From a virus, in IMG/VR virus record IMGVR_UViG_3300046777_001387, positions 19,697-83,696 of that record: DNA of 64,000 nt; one strand, given 5' to 3'. The position numbers and the translations under genes are program-made. Shown here in pieces: positions 20,206 through 30,900 of the stretch (the first letter of the stretch is position 1; every line of letters starts with the position of its first letter). The notes below the pieces were generated by a model, which saw only the letters and a list, made by a program, of their open reading frames with translations, was not told the origin of the DNA and ran no database searches.

Positions 20206-20538
20206 ATGGCATACGCAGAACTAACAATCGATCAAGGAACAACCTTTGAAACTTCCATTGATCTGACCAACGATGACGGAACCAGCGTTAATGTTGCGGG
20301 TTATGTCTTCAGCGCACAGGTTAGAAAATCATATTATTCTGTGAATCCTACTGCGAATATTACAGTTACTATCACTAATCCTGCTAGCGGCAATGTTAAG
20401 CTTTCGATTGATGCAGCCAATACGGCAAATATTAGGGCTGGAAGATACCTGTACGACGTAAAGATGACCAACACCACCGGTGTTACCACTAGAGTCATTG
20501 AGGGGATTATCACAGTAACTCCTCAGGTATCTAGATGA
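20206..20538 (+). CDS. Small Ig-like fibre adaptor protein (BppU/LtfC-like)
   Basis: 'LTIDQGTTF...GY..SAQVRKSY...AGRYLYDV...RVIEGIITVTP'; overlaps the next collagen gene by 4 nt. Confidence 0.7.
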   Translation: MAYAELTIDQGTTFETSIDLTNDDGTSVNVAGYVFSAQVRKSYYSVNPTANITVTITNPASGNVKLSIDAANTANIRAGRYLYDVKMTNTTGVTTRVIEGIITVTPQVSR

Positions 20539-22298
20539 AGATCGAGATTAAGAACCAAAATTCAGTTGGTTCTGTAAACGTCAATAACACTCCTGAAGTC
20601 GGCAAGGTCTCGATTAAGACCGGTGCTCCCGGACCCGCAGGCTCACAAGGTTCACAGGGCTTCCAAGGTACGCAAGGCTCTCAGGGTATTCAAGGCGCTC
20701 AAGGCGTCCAAGGCGCGCAGGGTGTCCAAGGTGCTCAAGGTGCACAAGGTGCACAAGGTTCGCAGGGACAGCAAGGTGCACAAGGCTTTCAAGGCGTTCA
20801 AGGCGCACAGGGTGTCCAAGGTGCTCAAGGTGCACAAGGTGCGCAAGGTGTACAAGGAGCTCAAGGCGTCCAAGGCGCGCAGGGTTCGCAAGGATTCCAA
20901 GGCGTTCAAGGAGCACAGGGAGTCCAAGGTGCGCAGGGAGTTCAAGGAGCTCAAGGTGCGCAAGGCGTTCAGGGTGCGCAGGGAGTTCAAGGAGCTCAAG
21001 GCGTTCAAGGTGCTACAGGAATTCAGGGCGCTCAAGGTGCACAGGGAGCACAAGGCGCTCAGGGTGTTCAAGGTGCTCAGGGATCACAGGGTTATCAAGG
21101 CGCTCTCAATAGATGGAAAGTCTTAACTGCAAACTATACGGCAGTAGACGGTGACCGTCTAATTGCAGACACTAGCTCTGGCACGTTTACTGTAACTCTA
21201 CCAGCCTCTCCTACTTCTGGTGATTATGTACAGATCTCAGACGGTAATGATTGGAGAACAAATAACCTTCTAGTCAATCCGAATGGATCAACTATTGAGG
21301 GTGTTTCGGATACACTGGCGCTCAATATCAAGGGTGTTACTGTAGAGTGTATCTACGACGGCACGACTTGGGAAGTTACAGCAACTACTGGTGCTCGTGG
21401 TGCGCAGGGTGCAATTGGCGCTCAAGGTGCCCAAGGATTCCAAGGTGTTCAGGGTACTGCCGGTGTTCTGGGTGGAGAAGGTCCGCAAGGTGCACAAGGT
21501 GTGCAGGGCGCCCAAGGATTCCAAGGCGTTCAAGGTACTGCAGGCGCGCAGGGTTCTCAGGGATATCAAGGTTCTCTAGAACGCTGGAAAGTTATAACTT
21601 CAACATATACTGCTTCTGATGGTGAAAGAATTCTTGCTGACACATCAGCAGGAAGCTTTACTCTAACTCTGCCAGCTGCTCCCACTGTTGGAACTTATGT
21701 GCAGATTAGTGATGGCGGCGACTGGTCAATCAACAACCTGACTGTAGGAAGAAACGGATCTTTAATTGAAGGTGTTGCTGATGATGTTCTTCTAGACTTT
21801 AAAAACGTCACAGTAGAGTTTATCTACGACGGCACGACTTGGGAAATTACTGCGACCACCGGAGCCAAAGGTTCTCAAGGATTCCAAGGCGTGCAGGGTG
21901 CAGTAGGTGCACAGGGCGCACAAGGCTCTCAAGGTCCACAAGGCGCTCAGGGCGCGCAAGGAATAATTGGCGCACAAGGCTCTCAAGGATTCCAAGGCGT
22001 ACAGGGTTCTGTCGGAAACCTGATTGAGAACCTATCAGTGGTGCAAACTGCCACTGATTATACCATGACTATCAATGATGATCTGGTTATTGGGACCAGC
22101 ACCAGCGAGATTTTTATTACTCTTCCAGACGTTGCAGCCAGAAACAAAGCCTATTATTTTCAAAATTTCGGCACTGGCTTCATGACTATTCAAACAGTTT
22201 CATCTCAGCTTATAAATAGTGATACCAAGCTAACATTACAGTTCAAGAATAGTTCTGTGAAGCTTATTTCGATAGGAACTAAGTTCCTTATCTTCTAG
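20535..22298 (+). CDS. Collagen-like fibre protein with repeated gp9/gp10-like beta domains
   Basis: Three G-X-Q blocks separated by two ~88-aa 'YTA.DG.R..ADTS.G.FT.TLPA.P..G.YVQISDG.DW..NNL' domains, plus a degenerate C-terminal copy. Confidence 0.85.
   Translation: MKIEIKNQNSVGSVNVNNTPEVGKVSIKTGAPGPAGSQGSQGFQGTQGSQGIQGAQGVQGAQGVQGAQGAQGAQGSQGQQGAQGFQGVQGAQGVQGAQGAQGAQGVQGAQGVQGAQGSQGFQGVQGAQGVQGAQGVQGAQGAQGVQGAQGVQGAQGVQGATGIQGAQGAQGAQGAQGVQGAQGSQGYQGALNRWKVLTANYTAVDGDRLIADTSSGTFTVTLPASPTSGDYVQISDGNDWRTNNLLVNPNGSTIEGVSDTLALNIKGVTVECIYDGTTWEVTATTGARGAQGAIGAQGAQGFQGVQGTAGVLGGEGPQGAQGVQGAQGFQGVQGTAGAQGSQGYQGSLERWKVITSTYTASDGERILADTSAGSFTLTLPAAPTVGTYVQISDGGDWSINNLTVGRNGSLIEGVADDVLLDFKNVTVEFIYDGTTWEITATTGAKGSQGFQGVQGAVGAQGAQGSQGPQGAQGAQGIIGAQGSQGFQGVQGSVGNLIENLSVVQTATDYTMTINDDLVIGTSTSEIFITLPDVAARNKAYYFQNFGTGFMTIQTVSSQLINSDTKLTLQFKNSSVKLISIGTKFLIF
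22211..22218 (+). promoter_or_regulatory. T4-type late promoter
   Basis: Exact TATAAATA, ~90 nt upstream of ORF 22307. Confidence 0.75.
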
Positions 22299-22306
22299 AG
22301 GTTTAA

Positions 22307-22657
22307 ATGTATCTGGAACAGACAAAACTAACCGATTCCACCGGCGCAGTAATTAATCCGGCTACAACTGACGTAAGCGATCAGATTATTCTGCTTCGTA
22401 GAATTATTAAATTGCTCGAGGCGCAGTCGGCTGTCGATCCTCAGCAACGCCAGAGAGTTACGCTTGACGCTATTTCAGCTTCACTAACTCTTGGTGCTGT
22501 CACGACAGTCGGTACTGTCACAACTGTCACAACTGTTACGACAGTTTCTTCAGTAACCAACATCGCAGCACTAAATGGTTGGAACCAGCAGATGTTTGCT
22601 GATCCAGCCAGAAACGCATACAACACTGGCATCAGAGCGCAGTTAACATTCTCTTAA
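22307..22657 (+). CDS. Hypothetical virion-associated protein with a Thr/Val repeat
   Basis: GAGG RBS and TATAAATA upstream; 'VTTVGTVTTVTTVTTV' repeat. Confidence 0.75.
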   Translation: MYLEQTKLTDSTGAVINPATTDVSDQIILLRRIIKLLEAQSAVDPQQRQRVTLDAISASLTLGAVTTVGTVTTVTTVTTVSSVTNIAALNGWNQQMFADPARNAYNTGIRAQLTFS

Positions 22658-22672
22658 TCGGAGTTTATATCA

Positions 22673-25600
22673 ATGTCACTATCGGCAAATAAGCTAATCA
22701 AACAAGTCGATCTACCAGTATGGGAGTGGACGCGCCCTCTTCCTGTTGCTCCGACAGCAGGTTTATCTTCTTCTTGCGTAGCTGATGCACCAGACTTTAA
22801 TCCGATCTCTGGTCGTTACATCTATATGCTTCTGAACGCTACCAACTTCTGGCGTTATGACACGGTTTCAGACACATACATGCAGATGGCTTCTCCCGGC
22901 ATTACGCCACTGTCTGCTACGAATATGCGTTTTGCCGGCGCTGCTGGGTATTATGGTCGCACGATTGCAGCAACATCGACTACGATGGACACTGGTCTTC
23001 CGTTCGGAAAACAGGCTATTGGATACAGAATTCGTATTATCTCGGGCAAGGGTGCAGGTCAGGAGCGCATTATCACTAATGTGAGCGACCCTATTGTTGC
23101 TGATTTTGGCGGCGCAACTTCTACTACGACATTCAGCTTGACTGATACCAATAAAAACTGGGGTGTAGTTGGAGCTACAAACAACGTTAATAACTGGATC
23201 GGTTATGTTATCAGAGTTATTGGCGGTACAGGCTTCACACAGGTTCGTAAGATTCTCCATAACAGTGCTACAGTAATTTCGGTGGCTGATACTAACATCT
23301 ATTCGCACGATACTTGGTCGTTACCAATGTCGCCAACAGCAGGTACTCCAGGATGGACCTCTCCTGGTACTGGCGCGATTTACAATATTGAATACTCAAC
23401 GATCACTGTAGATACTGCTTGGGACGTAACACCTGATAACACCTCTAGATACGTTATTCAGTCAGGTGGTATTTGGTTGGCTTCTGGCGCAACTGTTGGT
23501 AACGGTACTGTGACTCTGCAGTACTACAGCGTTCTAGAGGATATTTGGTACGCCAAGACATCTGTTAACAACATTATCCCAACTAACTTGACTGATCTGT
23601 GTATTGAGAGATTAACAGAAAACTCTACTCTCTGGTACACCGGATTAGCAACATCCGGAAGTACAACTACTCTAGTTGACGCTAACGCCAGCTGGACTGC
23701 AAATCAGTGGAGTGGTTATGAGACCACTATTTGGTCGGGAACTGGAAGAGGTCAAATAGCTGTAGTTGCCAATAATACAGGCAACACACTAACATTCACC
23801 ACTACACTAGATACTGCTCTAGACGCAACCAGTAGATATAACATTACTGGTTATGATGGTGGAATCTTCACATCCACTGCTGGTAGAATTGTATCAGATT
23901 CTTCAAAGAACTGGGCAGTGAACCGTTGGACAAACTATGCTGTGCGAATTGTCTCCGGCACCGGCGTCGGACAAACTAGACAAATCCTTTCCAATGGATC
24001 CGACAGCCTAGTTGTTTACGACTGCTGGAATGTTCAGCCAGATAACACTTCCAAGTACATTATCCAAAGCAACTCACAGGATATGTTCTTGGCTATCGGT
24101 GGTGGACAGCATACATATATGTATCGTGTCGGTGACACGGATATGCTCAGCCCAGCTAGAATCCTCGATGAGGGTATCAATGCTATAGCTTGTGCGATGC
24201 TGACTGATGGCACAAGTACCGCAACTCATGAAATCTATGAGCAAAAGCCTATTGCTATCAGTGCAATCTCTGGCACTACAACTATCACAGCTACTACTGT
24301 ACACCCCCATCAGCTAAAGGTTGGGCAGTGGGTTTCTATTCGTGGCGTCACTTCGGCAGCGGCTGACGTATACAACGTAACTGGTAAGGTTCAGATCACT
24401 TCTGTTCCTTCGCTGACAACGTTCACATATACTCCATTTGCTGCTGGTACTGGCACATATCAATATTCCAACAATATTGCGCTTGGTACAACTACTCTTA
24501 TTGATGCTGCCAAGTATTTCGCTGATCTGGCTACTGGCGGTTCTACGACTACTGTAACGTTCAGCAGAGCAACTCCGTCGAATATCAACGGATGGTATGT
24601 GTACGGTACCAATATTGCTGATGGTGCACAGATTGTAAGTGGTGCTGGAACAACAACTCTGACGCTAAACTTGACCGGTGCAGGCACTCCTTCGGGAACT
24701 ATTATCATCACTAAATGGCCAAGACCTGTGACAGCAACTTATGCTTCTGGTGGTGGTGCTGGTGTGTTCTCGGTTACACTTTCTGCGCCAATTCCAACCT
24801 ATGTTAAAGGATGGTTGGCTACAGGAACTAACATCGGTCTGAGTGCAACAGTTACTGGCGGCGAAGGCACTGCCACTCCGTTATTCTCAATTCAGTGCTC
24901 GGGCACTCCTTCTGGAACAATTACCTTTAGCTGCCCAACAAATAACTTGTTGCCAGTTACAGCGACATATAGCTCCGGATCGGGAACTTCGATTACTCTG
25001 AGCGGTAATGTGCCAAGCTATATTCGTGGTTGGCTAGTTTGCTGCTCGAACATTGCTAACGGAACTACTGTTACTGGTGGAGAGGGTACTTCTACAGTCA
25101 CGCTATCAACGCCAACAGCAGGAACTCCTTCTGGTACGGTAATATTCTATCCACCACCAATAGCGCCTGTTTTGCATTATGGAACAACTGGTATTCCAGC
25201 TTTATCTGCTACAGGCATGGTTTCTACGGGTCAAGTTTTCCAAATGGTTGCTCAGAATGCAACTAATCCGACCATCATGACTTCTATTACAGCGTCAACA
25301 ACCCCAACTGCTGGCGTCTCGAAGTATGTGCTCACCAGAAGATATGCGTTTGGACACGCATATGAAGGGCATAATATCAATTATCTTGATGGAATTGCGT
25401 TTGGTACACAGTCGACAACGACTCTAGTTGATACAAATGCTTTCTGGGCAACTGCTACAGGGTCTGGTGGATCTGCTGGTGCAACATCGTTCACTCTGTC
25501 TGCTCCAGGATCACCAATCCATAATGGATGGTACGTTTCAGGAACAGGTATCCCACTAGGCGCAAGAGTGGTGAGTGGTGCTGGCACCACTTCGATCACC

Positions 25601-26236
25601 ATTGACTTGCCGTTAACTGGTGTTGTTTCTGGTACGATTACGTTTACTGCTTGGTCTCAGTCTCTAGTTAACAGACGTCTTCGTATTTTCTCTGGAACTG
25701 GCTTCAACCAAGATCTGGTCATTACTGGCGTAACACCTGCAACAGGAACTATTACGTTTGGTGCGGCAACTGCTCCGGGTTCTGGTGTTTCTACCTACAG
25801 TATTCTACCGTTTGGTGCAACGTCAACTGGTCTTTCTCTGCAGTGGGTGTCGGACTCATCAACTATGACGAACAAGGGAAGATACCTGTTCAGATTCTAC
25901 GGTGGTGGTAATACTCTAATTGATAGATACGATATCACTACCGATAGAGTCATGCAGGTAAGAACAACCCCATCAACGGAAACCTTGAGCTCTGGTTCGA
26001 TGTATGCATACGACCAGCTAGACAGAATCTATTTCACCAAGGACGTCACGAACCGCATCTACTATCTAGATGTAAATACTATGACATTGTATGGTTCTGG
26101 TATGTTCCCATACGTTGCTGGTACTGCAGGTATCGGTAATATGATGGAAATTTTCAAGACTGCTGATGGATTGAAGTATCTGTGGGTCAATCGTAAGGCT
26201 CAGGTTGAAACGTTCAGACAGCTGCTGTTCTATTAA
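22673..26236 (+). CDS. Large beta-rich virion protein (kelch/propeller-like termini with inserted repeat domains)
   Basis: GGAG RBS; 'YIY...FWRYDT..D' and 'IDRYDIT...YAYD..DRIYF' blade-like motifs; internal 'RIISG.G.GQ.R.I' and 'GW.V.GT.I..G' repeats. Confidence 0.75.
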   Translation: MSLSANKLIKQVDLPVWEWTRPLPVAPTAGLSSSCVADAPDFNPISGRYIYMLLNATNFWRYDTVSDTYMQMASPGITPLSATNMRFAGAAGYYGRTIAATSTTMDTGLPFGKQAIGYRIRIISGKGAGQERIITNVSDPIVADFGGATSTTTFSLTDTNKNWGVVGATNNVNNWIGYVIRVIGGTGFTQVRKILHNSATVISVADTNIYSHDTWSLPMSPTAGTPGWTSPGTGAIYNIEYSTITVDTAWDVTPDNTSRYVIQSGGIWLASGATVGNGTVTLQYYSVLEDIWYAKTSVNNIIPTNLTDLCIERLTENSTLWYTGLATSGSTTTLVDANASWTANQWSGYETTIWSGTGRGQIAVVANNTGNTLTFTTTLDTALDATSRYNITGYDGGIFTSTAGRIVSDSSKNWAVNRWTNYAVRIVSGTGVGQTRQILSNGSDSLVVYDCWNVQPDNTSKYIIQSNSQDMFLAIGGGQHTYMYRVGDTDMLSPARILDEGINAIACAMLTDGTSTATHEIYEQKPIAISAISGTTTITATTVHPHQLKVGQWVSIRGVTSAAADVYNVTGKVQITSVPSLTTFTYTPFAAGTGTYQYSNNIALGTTTLIDAAKYFADLATGGSTTTVTFSRATPSNINGWYVYGTNIADGAQIVSGAGTTTLTLNLTGAGTPSGTIIITKWPRPVTATYASGGGAGVFSVTLSAPIPTYVKGWLATGTNIGLSATVTGGEGTATPLFSIQCSGTPSGTITFSCPTNNLLPVTATYSSGSGTSITLSGNVPSYIRGWLVCCSNIANGTTVTGGEGTSTVTLSTPTAGTPSGTVIFYPPPIAPVLHYGTTGIPALSATGMVSTGQVFQMVAQNATNPTIMTSITASTTPTAGVSKYVLTRRYAFGHAYEGHNINYLDGIAFGTQSTTTLVDTNAFWATATGSGGSAGATSFTLSAPGSPIHNGWYVSGTGIPLGARVVSGAGTTSITIDLPLTGVVSGTITFTAWSQSLVNRRLRIFSGTGFNQDLVITGVTPATGTITFGAATAPGSGVSTYSILPFGATSTGLSLQWVSDSSTMTNKGRYLFRFYGGGNTLIDRYDITTDRVMQVRTTPSTETLSSGSMYAYDQLDRIYFTKDVTNRIYYLDVNTMTLYGSGMFPYVAGTAGIGNMMEIFKTADGLKYLWVNRKAQVETFRQLLFY

Positions 26237-26247
26237 GGAGTTATGAG

Positions 26248-26424
26248 ATGACGCTCAATGAGATTCTAGTTATTCTTCAAAATAGAATGGTTGCTCTGAC
26301 CGAAGCCAGAAAGGGTGCTGTGGCATCCGGAGACCTTGAGAGTGTCGTTCGTATTGACGGCGACATTCTCACCACTCTAACAAGCATCGAAAGAATCGCA
26401 ACTACCATTAACGAAACCCAGTAA
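26248..26424 (+). CDS. Small helical hypothetical protein (58 aa, absent from the ORF track)
   Basis: AAGGAG RBS at ~26235-26240; ATG at 26248 to TAA at 26424; MTLNEILVILQNRMVALTEARKGAVASGDLESVVRIDGDILTTLTSIERIATTINETQ; fills the intergenic gap exactly. Confidence 0.8.
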   Translation: MTLNEILVILQNRMVALTEARKGAVASGDLESVVRIDGDILTTLTSIERIATTINETQ

Positions 26425-26426
26425 TT

Positions 26427-27971
26427 ATGCCGACTAGTATTCAGGATTATTTGTCGAGCAGCCTTCCTTTAGGTCCGCAAGGATCTCAAGGAGTGCAAGG
26501 TGCTGTCGGTCTGCAAGGACCACAGGGTGCACAGGGAGTACAGGGAGAGATTGGCGCTCAGGGCGCTATTGGAGCACAAGGTGCAGTAGGAGCTCAGGGT
26601 GCAGCGGCAGCTGTAGGTGGTTCCACAACACAACTGCAGTATAACAACGCTGGAGTTTTTGCTGGCGCTGCTGGTCTGACAACTACTGGAACAGAACTGA
26701 ATATTGTCAGTGGCGCAAAGACTACTGATACACCTGCGCTGGATGTCAGTCAGACTTGGAGCAATGCTTCTGCGACATTTGCAGGATTTAGATTAAACGT
26801 CGCAGACTCTGCAAGCTCTTCTGGTTCATCGCTAACTGACTTACAAATTGGCGGAGCTAGCAAATTCAGAGTATATAAGTCAGGAACAATTGAACTTGGT
26901 GATATGAGCTCAACTGGCACATATTTACAGCTGACATCAACAGCTATTTCTACCGGCAGAGGAGCAAGTGCTGGTTATCCTCAATTAGATATTAATGTGC
27001 CAACAAACACCAATGGTTTGGGGCTTAATGGTCGCCTCAGAGTTTCTTCCAGTGCTATTAATGCCATGGGTCCGTTTTATCTTGCCATCAGTAATAATTA
27101 TGGGACCGAAGTTGCACTGCAGGCTGATGCTTCTAATATTTTCGCTCAGCGTAACGCGACCAATGCACAAACATTTAGAGTTTACAACACATTTACAGAT
27201 ACAGGTAATTATGAAAGGATTTCTTTTGGATGGGGGTCGAATGAATTTGTTATTGCTGCTGAATCTGCTGGTAGTGGAGTTACAAGACCATTTAAGCTTG
27301 TAAACAATAATGCCCAACAGTGGTTATCTATAGGTCAGGGGTGCATTAATGGTGGATATTCAAATGAAACTTCTGCTAGAAATGGTATAACCTTAAATGG
27401 TCCTGGATTTATAGGATATGCTTCAGGAGGTGAACATTGGTTTAGTGCTGGATCTGGTAGTGGTAGTATAAGTAGTCCACCATCAGCTGGTAATGCGGTT
27501 ATAATCTCTCCCTTTGCTGTAACTAATAATACATTGACGCACAGATTTATGCCATCTAAAAAGGATCGTGGTGGTGCATATACTGGTAATGGTCATAATC
27601 TTGAAGTTGCTGGTGGTGAAGCGTCTTCTTCAGGAACAAACAGCTATGATGGTGGGCATTTATACTTGGATGGTGGAAGAAAAACTGGCGCCAATGCCAA
27701 TGGTTCTGTTTTTATTGGAACTATTAGCACCGCTAACGTTAATATCAGTAGCGTAATAACTGTCACCGAATCTAGCCTAAGAGTTGGAACTTCGTCTTCT
27801 TCACTAGTGGGCTTCTGGAATGCAACTCCTATTGTACAGCCAACCACTGGAGTTGCAGCTGCCACGATTGTGACTAATAGCGGAACAGGCGTAAATAATG
27901 CAACAACCTTTGATGGCTACACATTAGCGCAGGTTGTCAAAGCTCTCAGAAATGCTGGACTATTGGCATAA
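26427..27971 (+). CDS. Fibre protein A (short collagen neck, beta-rich body, helical C-terminus)
   Basis: N-terminal 'SSLPLGPQG', then 'GGSTTQLQYNNAGVFAG', and C-terminal 'FDGYTLAQVVKALRNAGLLA'. Confidence 0.8.
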   Translation: MPTSIQDYLSSSLPLGPQGSQGVQGAVGLQGPQGAQGVQGEIGAQGAIGAQGAVGAQGAAAAVGGSTTQLQYNNAGVFAGAAGLTTTGTELNIVSGAKTTDTPALDVSQTWSNASATFAGFRLNVADSASSSGSSLTDLQIGGASKFRVYKSGTIELGDMSSTGTYLQLTSTAISTGRGASAGYPQLDINVPTNTNGLGLNGRLRVSSSAINAMGPFYLAISNNYGTEVALQADASNIFAQRNATNAQTFRVYNTFTDTGNYERISFGWGSNEFVIAAESAGSGVTRPFKLVNNNAQQWLSIGQGCINGGYSNETSARNGITLNGPGFIGYASGGEHWFSAGSGSGSISSPPSAGNAVIISPFAVTNNTLTHRFMPSKKDRGGAYTGNGHNLEVAGGEASSSGTNSYDGGHLYLDGGRKTGANANGSVFIGTISTANVNISSVITVTESSLRVGTSSSSLVGFWNATPIVQPTTGVAAATIVTNSGTGVNNATTFDGYTLAQVVKALRNAGLLA

Positions 27972-27980
27972 GGTAATTAA

Positions 27981-30900
27981 ATGGCTGTAAGCATTCAAAC
28001 AATCACACAAAGCAGTTTGCCTGCAGGACCACAAGGTGTGCAGGGTCCTCAAGGACCAGCGGGAGCATCTTCTACCCCCGGTGGTAATAACACAGAACTA
28101 CAGTACAATAATAACGGTGTATTTGCCGGCGCTTCTGGTCTGACCACTACAGGGACAGAACTGAACATTGCTTCTGGCATCAAGACGCTGAATACTTCTC
28201 CGGCAATAAACGTTTCTCAAACTTGGGATAATTCTGGAAACACATTCACTGCAATCAGATTAAATGTCACTGACACTGCAAGCGCCACTGGTTCTTTGCT
28301 ATTTGATGGTAGGGTGGATAATGCCAGCGTGTTTACCGTCGACAAATCTGGTGGCGTTTATTCTTTGCTTGGAGCAATTTTAGGCAATAACAAATGGTCA
28401 TTAGCACAAGCTAGATTTGCTGGAAATGCTTCTTATTATATTGGTTGGGCAAGCACGAGCACAGTCAGTAACTCCACCACACCAGATACTCGATTGTATC
28501 GCGATGAAGCGTATACCATAGCCCAGCGAAATGCCACAAATCCTCAGAGTTTTCGAGTTTATAAAACCTTCACAGATGCAGATAATTATGAAAGAGGTTT
28601 CCTGCGTTGGAACGGTAATATTTTTGAAGTTGGTGACGAGGGAGCCGGCTCAGGTGTTTCTAGACAGCTGCGCCTAGTTGCAGCAAATGTCAGTTTCTCT
28701 ACCAATATCGAGGGCGGAAATTCCAGAACAAATCCAAACCTAATCAATTCGGCGTTCGCAATCACAAATACTGGTGCGTTTAACGCTAGCAATATGATCG
28801 GGTTGGTTAGTCGAGGTGAAAGTGCATATAATGCAGTTGGAGTTATTGGGTATGCTGCTAACTCCAGTACTTGGACATATAATACAACTGGATTAATGGG
28901 AGTCGCTGTTCGAAACTCTACAAGATCAGCGGTTGGCGTTTATGGTGCGATACAAAGCACCAATATTTTACCTGATTATGAGCACTATTCCCTATCTGCT
29001 GCTATTTTTGATAATGGTGGTATAACAGGCGCAAATATTATTGAAGGCAGAAGTTCGGGGACATCTAGATTTTTGGTTAGTGGAGTTGGTGCAGTTACTG
29101 CAAATAATGGCGCGATTACTGCTTCTACACCAGCATTAAACTTATTACAAGAATGGAATAATTCCGGCGTTGCGTTCACTGGATTAAAATTTAATGCTAT
29201 AGATACAGCAAGCGCAAGTGGTTCACTTTTATTAGACGTGCAGCTTGGTGGTACTAGCAGATTTAAGGTTTCTCGCACTGGCGGAATTGCTACTGGTAAT
29301 CCTTCTGGTTATAATCTAGATCTTGGTTTTACAAACAATAACTACATAACTGGTTTTTATCAAACTTCTAATCGTGGATCAATTGAGTTCGGTGCGGGTG
29401 CTGGTACAGATCTTGTTTGTAGAGCAGGAGCCTCAGGAGGAGGCACTGGAACATTTAAGATAACTGCTTATGGTGGAGTTACAGAAGTTGTCAATGATGG
29501 TAACCCCCAAATATTTCGCATCTATAACACTTGGACAAACTCATCAGACCAATTCGAACGTGGACATATTCGATGGAACTCTAACGTTCTGCAAATTGGA
29601 ACTGAGAAGGGTTCGGTCTCTGGAACGGCTCGACCACTAGAACTTCAAACTGATGGGATCACCAGAGCTACTATAGAAGCTGCAGGCACATTCAGAACTA
29701 ACACACAACCAGTATATGTCAACGCCACGTATAACACTGGAATTTCTTCTAGTGCTGATGGATATGTTCTCTCAATTTCTACCAGATACGGTACTCATAT
29801 CGACACTTCGCTTGGGCGTATCAATCTTTATTCCATTGTAAAATTTGGTGCTGCCAATTATTCACCCGGAATAACTGTTGCTCCATATGCGACTGGTCTA
29901 TCTACAGGCGATCCGATTTATGGTGGTCTATTAAACGCTTCTTCATCTACCTCTAGTCTATGGCTTTATGGTAAATATGGTGGAACTTATGCAGCTTCTA
30001 CTGGATACCATAATGGAACAGGAATTTCCATTTGGTGTGGTTTTGGTGCACAACCAACGGATGCTAATGCCAATGGCGGAAATGCTGGCAACTTCGATGT
30101 TTGGCTAAATGCTGGTGGAGCTGGTACAGGAACAGGTGTTTCTGGAAATCGTGGAAAGCTGCGTGTACTTAATGATTCTACTGACCTTGAAGTGTTCTCT
30201 GTTAACCAGCTCGGTAATGTTGTAATTACATCGGCTATTACTGGCGATAACGGAACTCTGACTTCTTCTTCACCAATTTTAGATTTATCACAAACATGGA
30301 ATGATGCAGGAACCGCATTCGTTGGTTTGCGATTTAATGTTGTTCGTACTGCTTATGGCGCGAGCAGCAGATTACTGTCTCTTACGGCTGATTCGGGCGA
30401 TCGCTTTTTTGTAACCAGCACAGGAGAAGCCACACTTCTTGGAACTCTGACCGCAGGAGCGTTTACAACCACAGGAACAGTTACTGCCGGAACAGTACTC
30501 GTAACTGGAAGCTCAAATTATGTTGCATTAAACGGCAGTTCATTTTTGCAGCTTTCTGATGGAACTTATCCTGCTCGAATGCAGGCTGATGGAAACGGGT
30601 ATAATGTCTCTTTGCGAAATGGAACGAATCCACACAGTTTCTTAGTATACAACACATTTGTCAACTCTACCAACTATGAGCGCGGATTCCTTAAGTGGGA
30701 CAGCAACACCTTCAAGATCGGCACTGAGAAAGGCAGCGGCGGAGGGACATCGCGTGCGCTGGAGCTGCAGACAGATGGTGTGACGCGAGCAGTGTTTTCT
30801 ACCGCACCTTCAGGCACAATTCCCATTGCTCGCTTTACTGGCAATTCTGGGGCGCATATTTCTATCGAAAATACTAGCGCCACAAGCTCTGGTAATGGTG

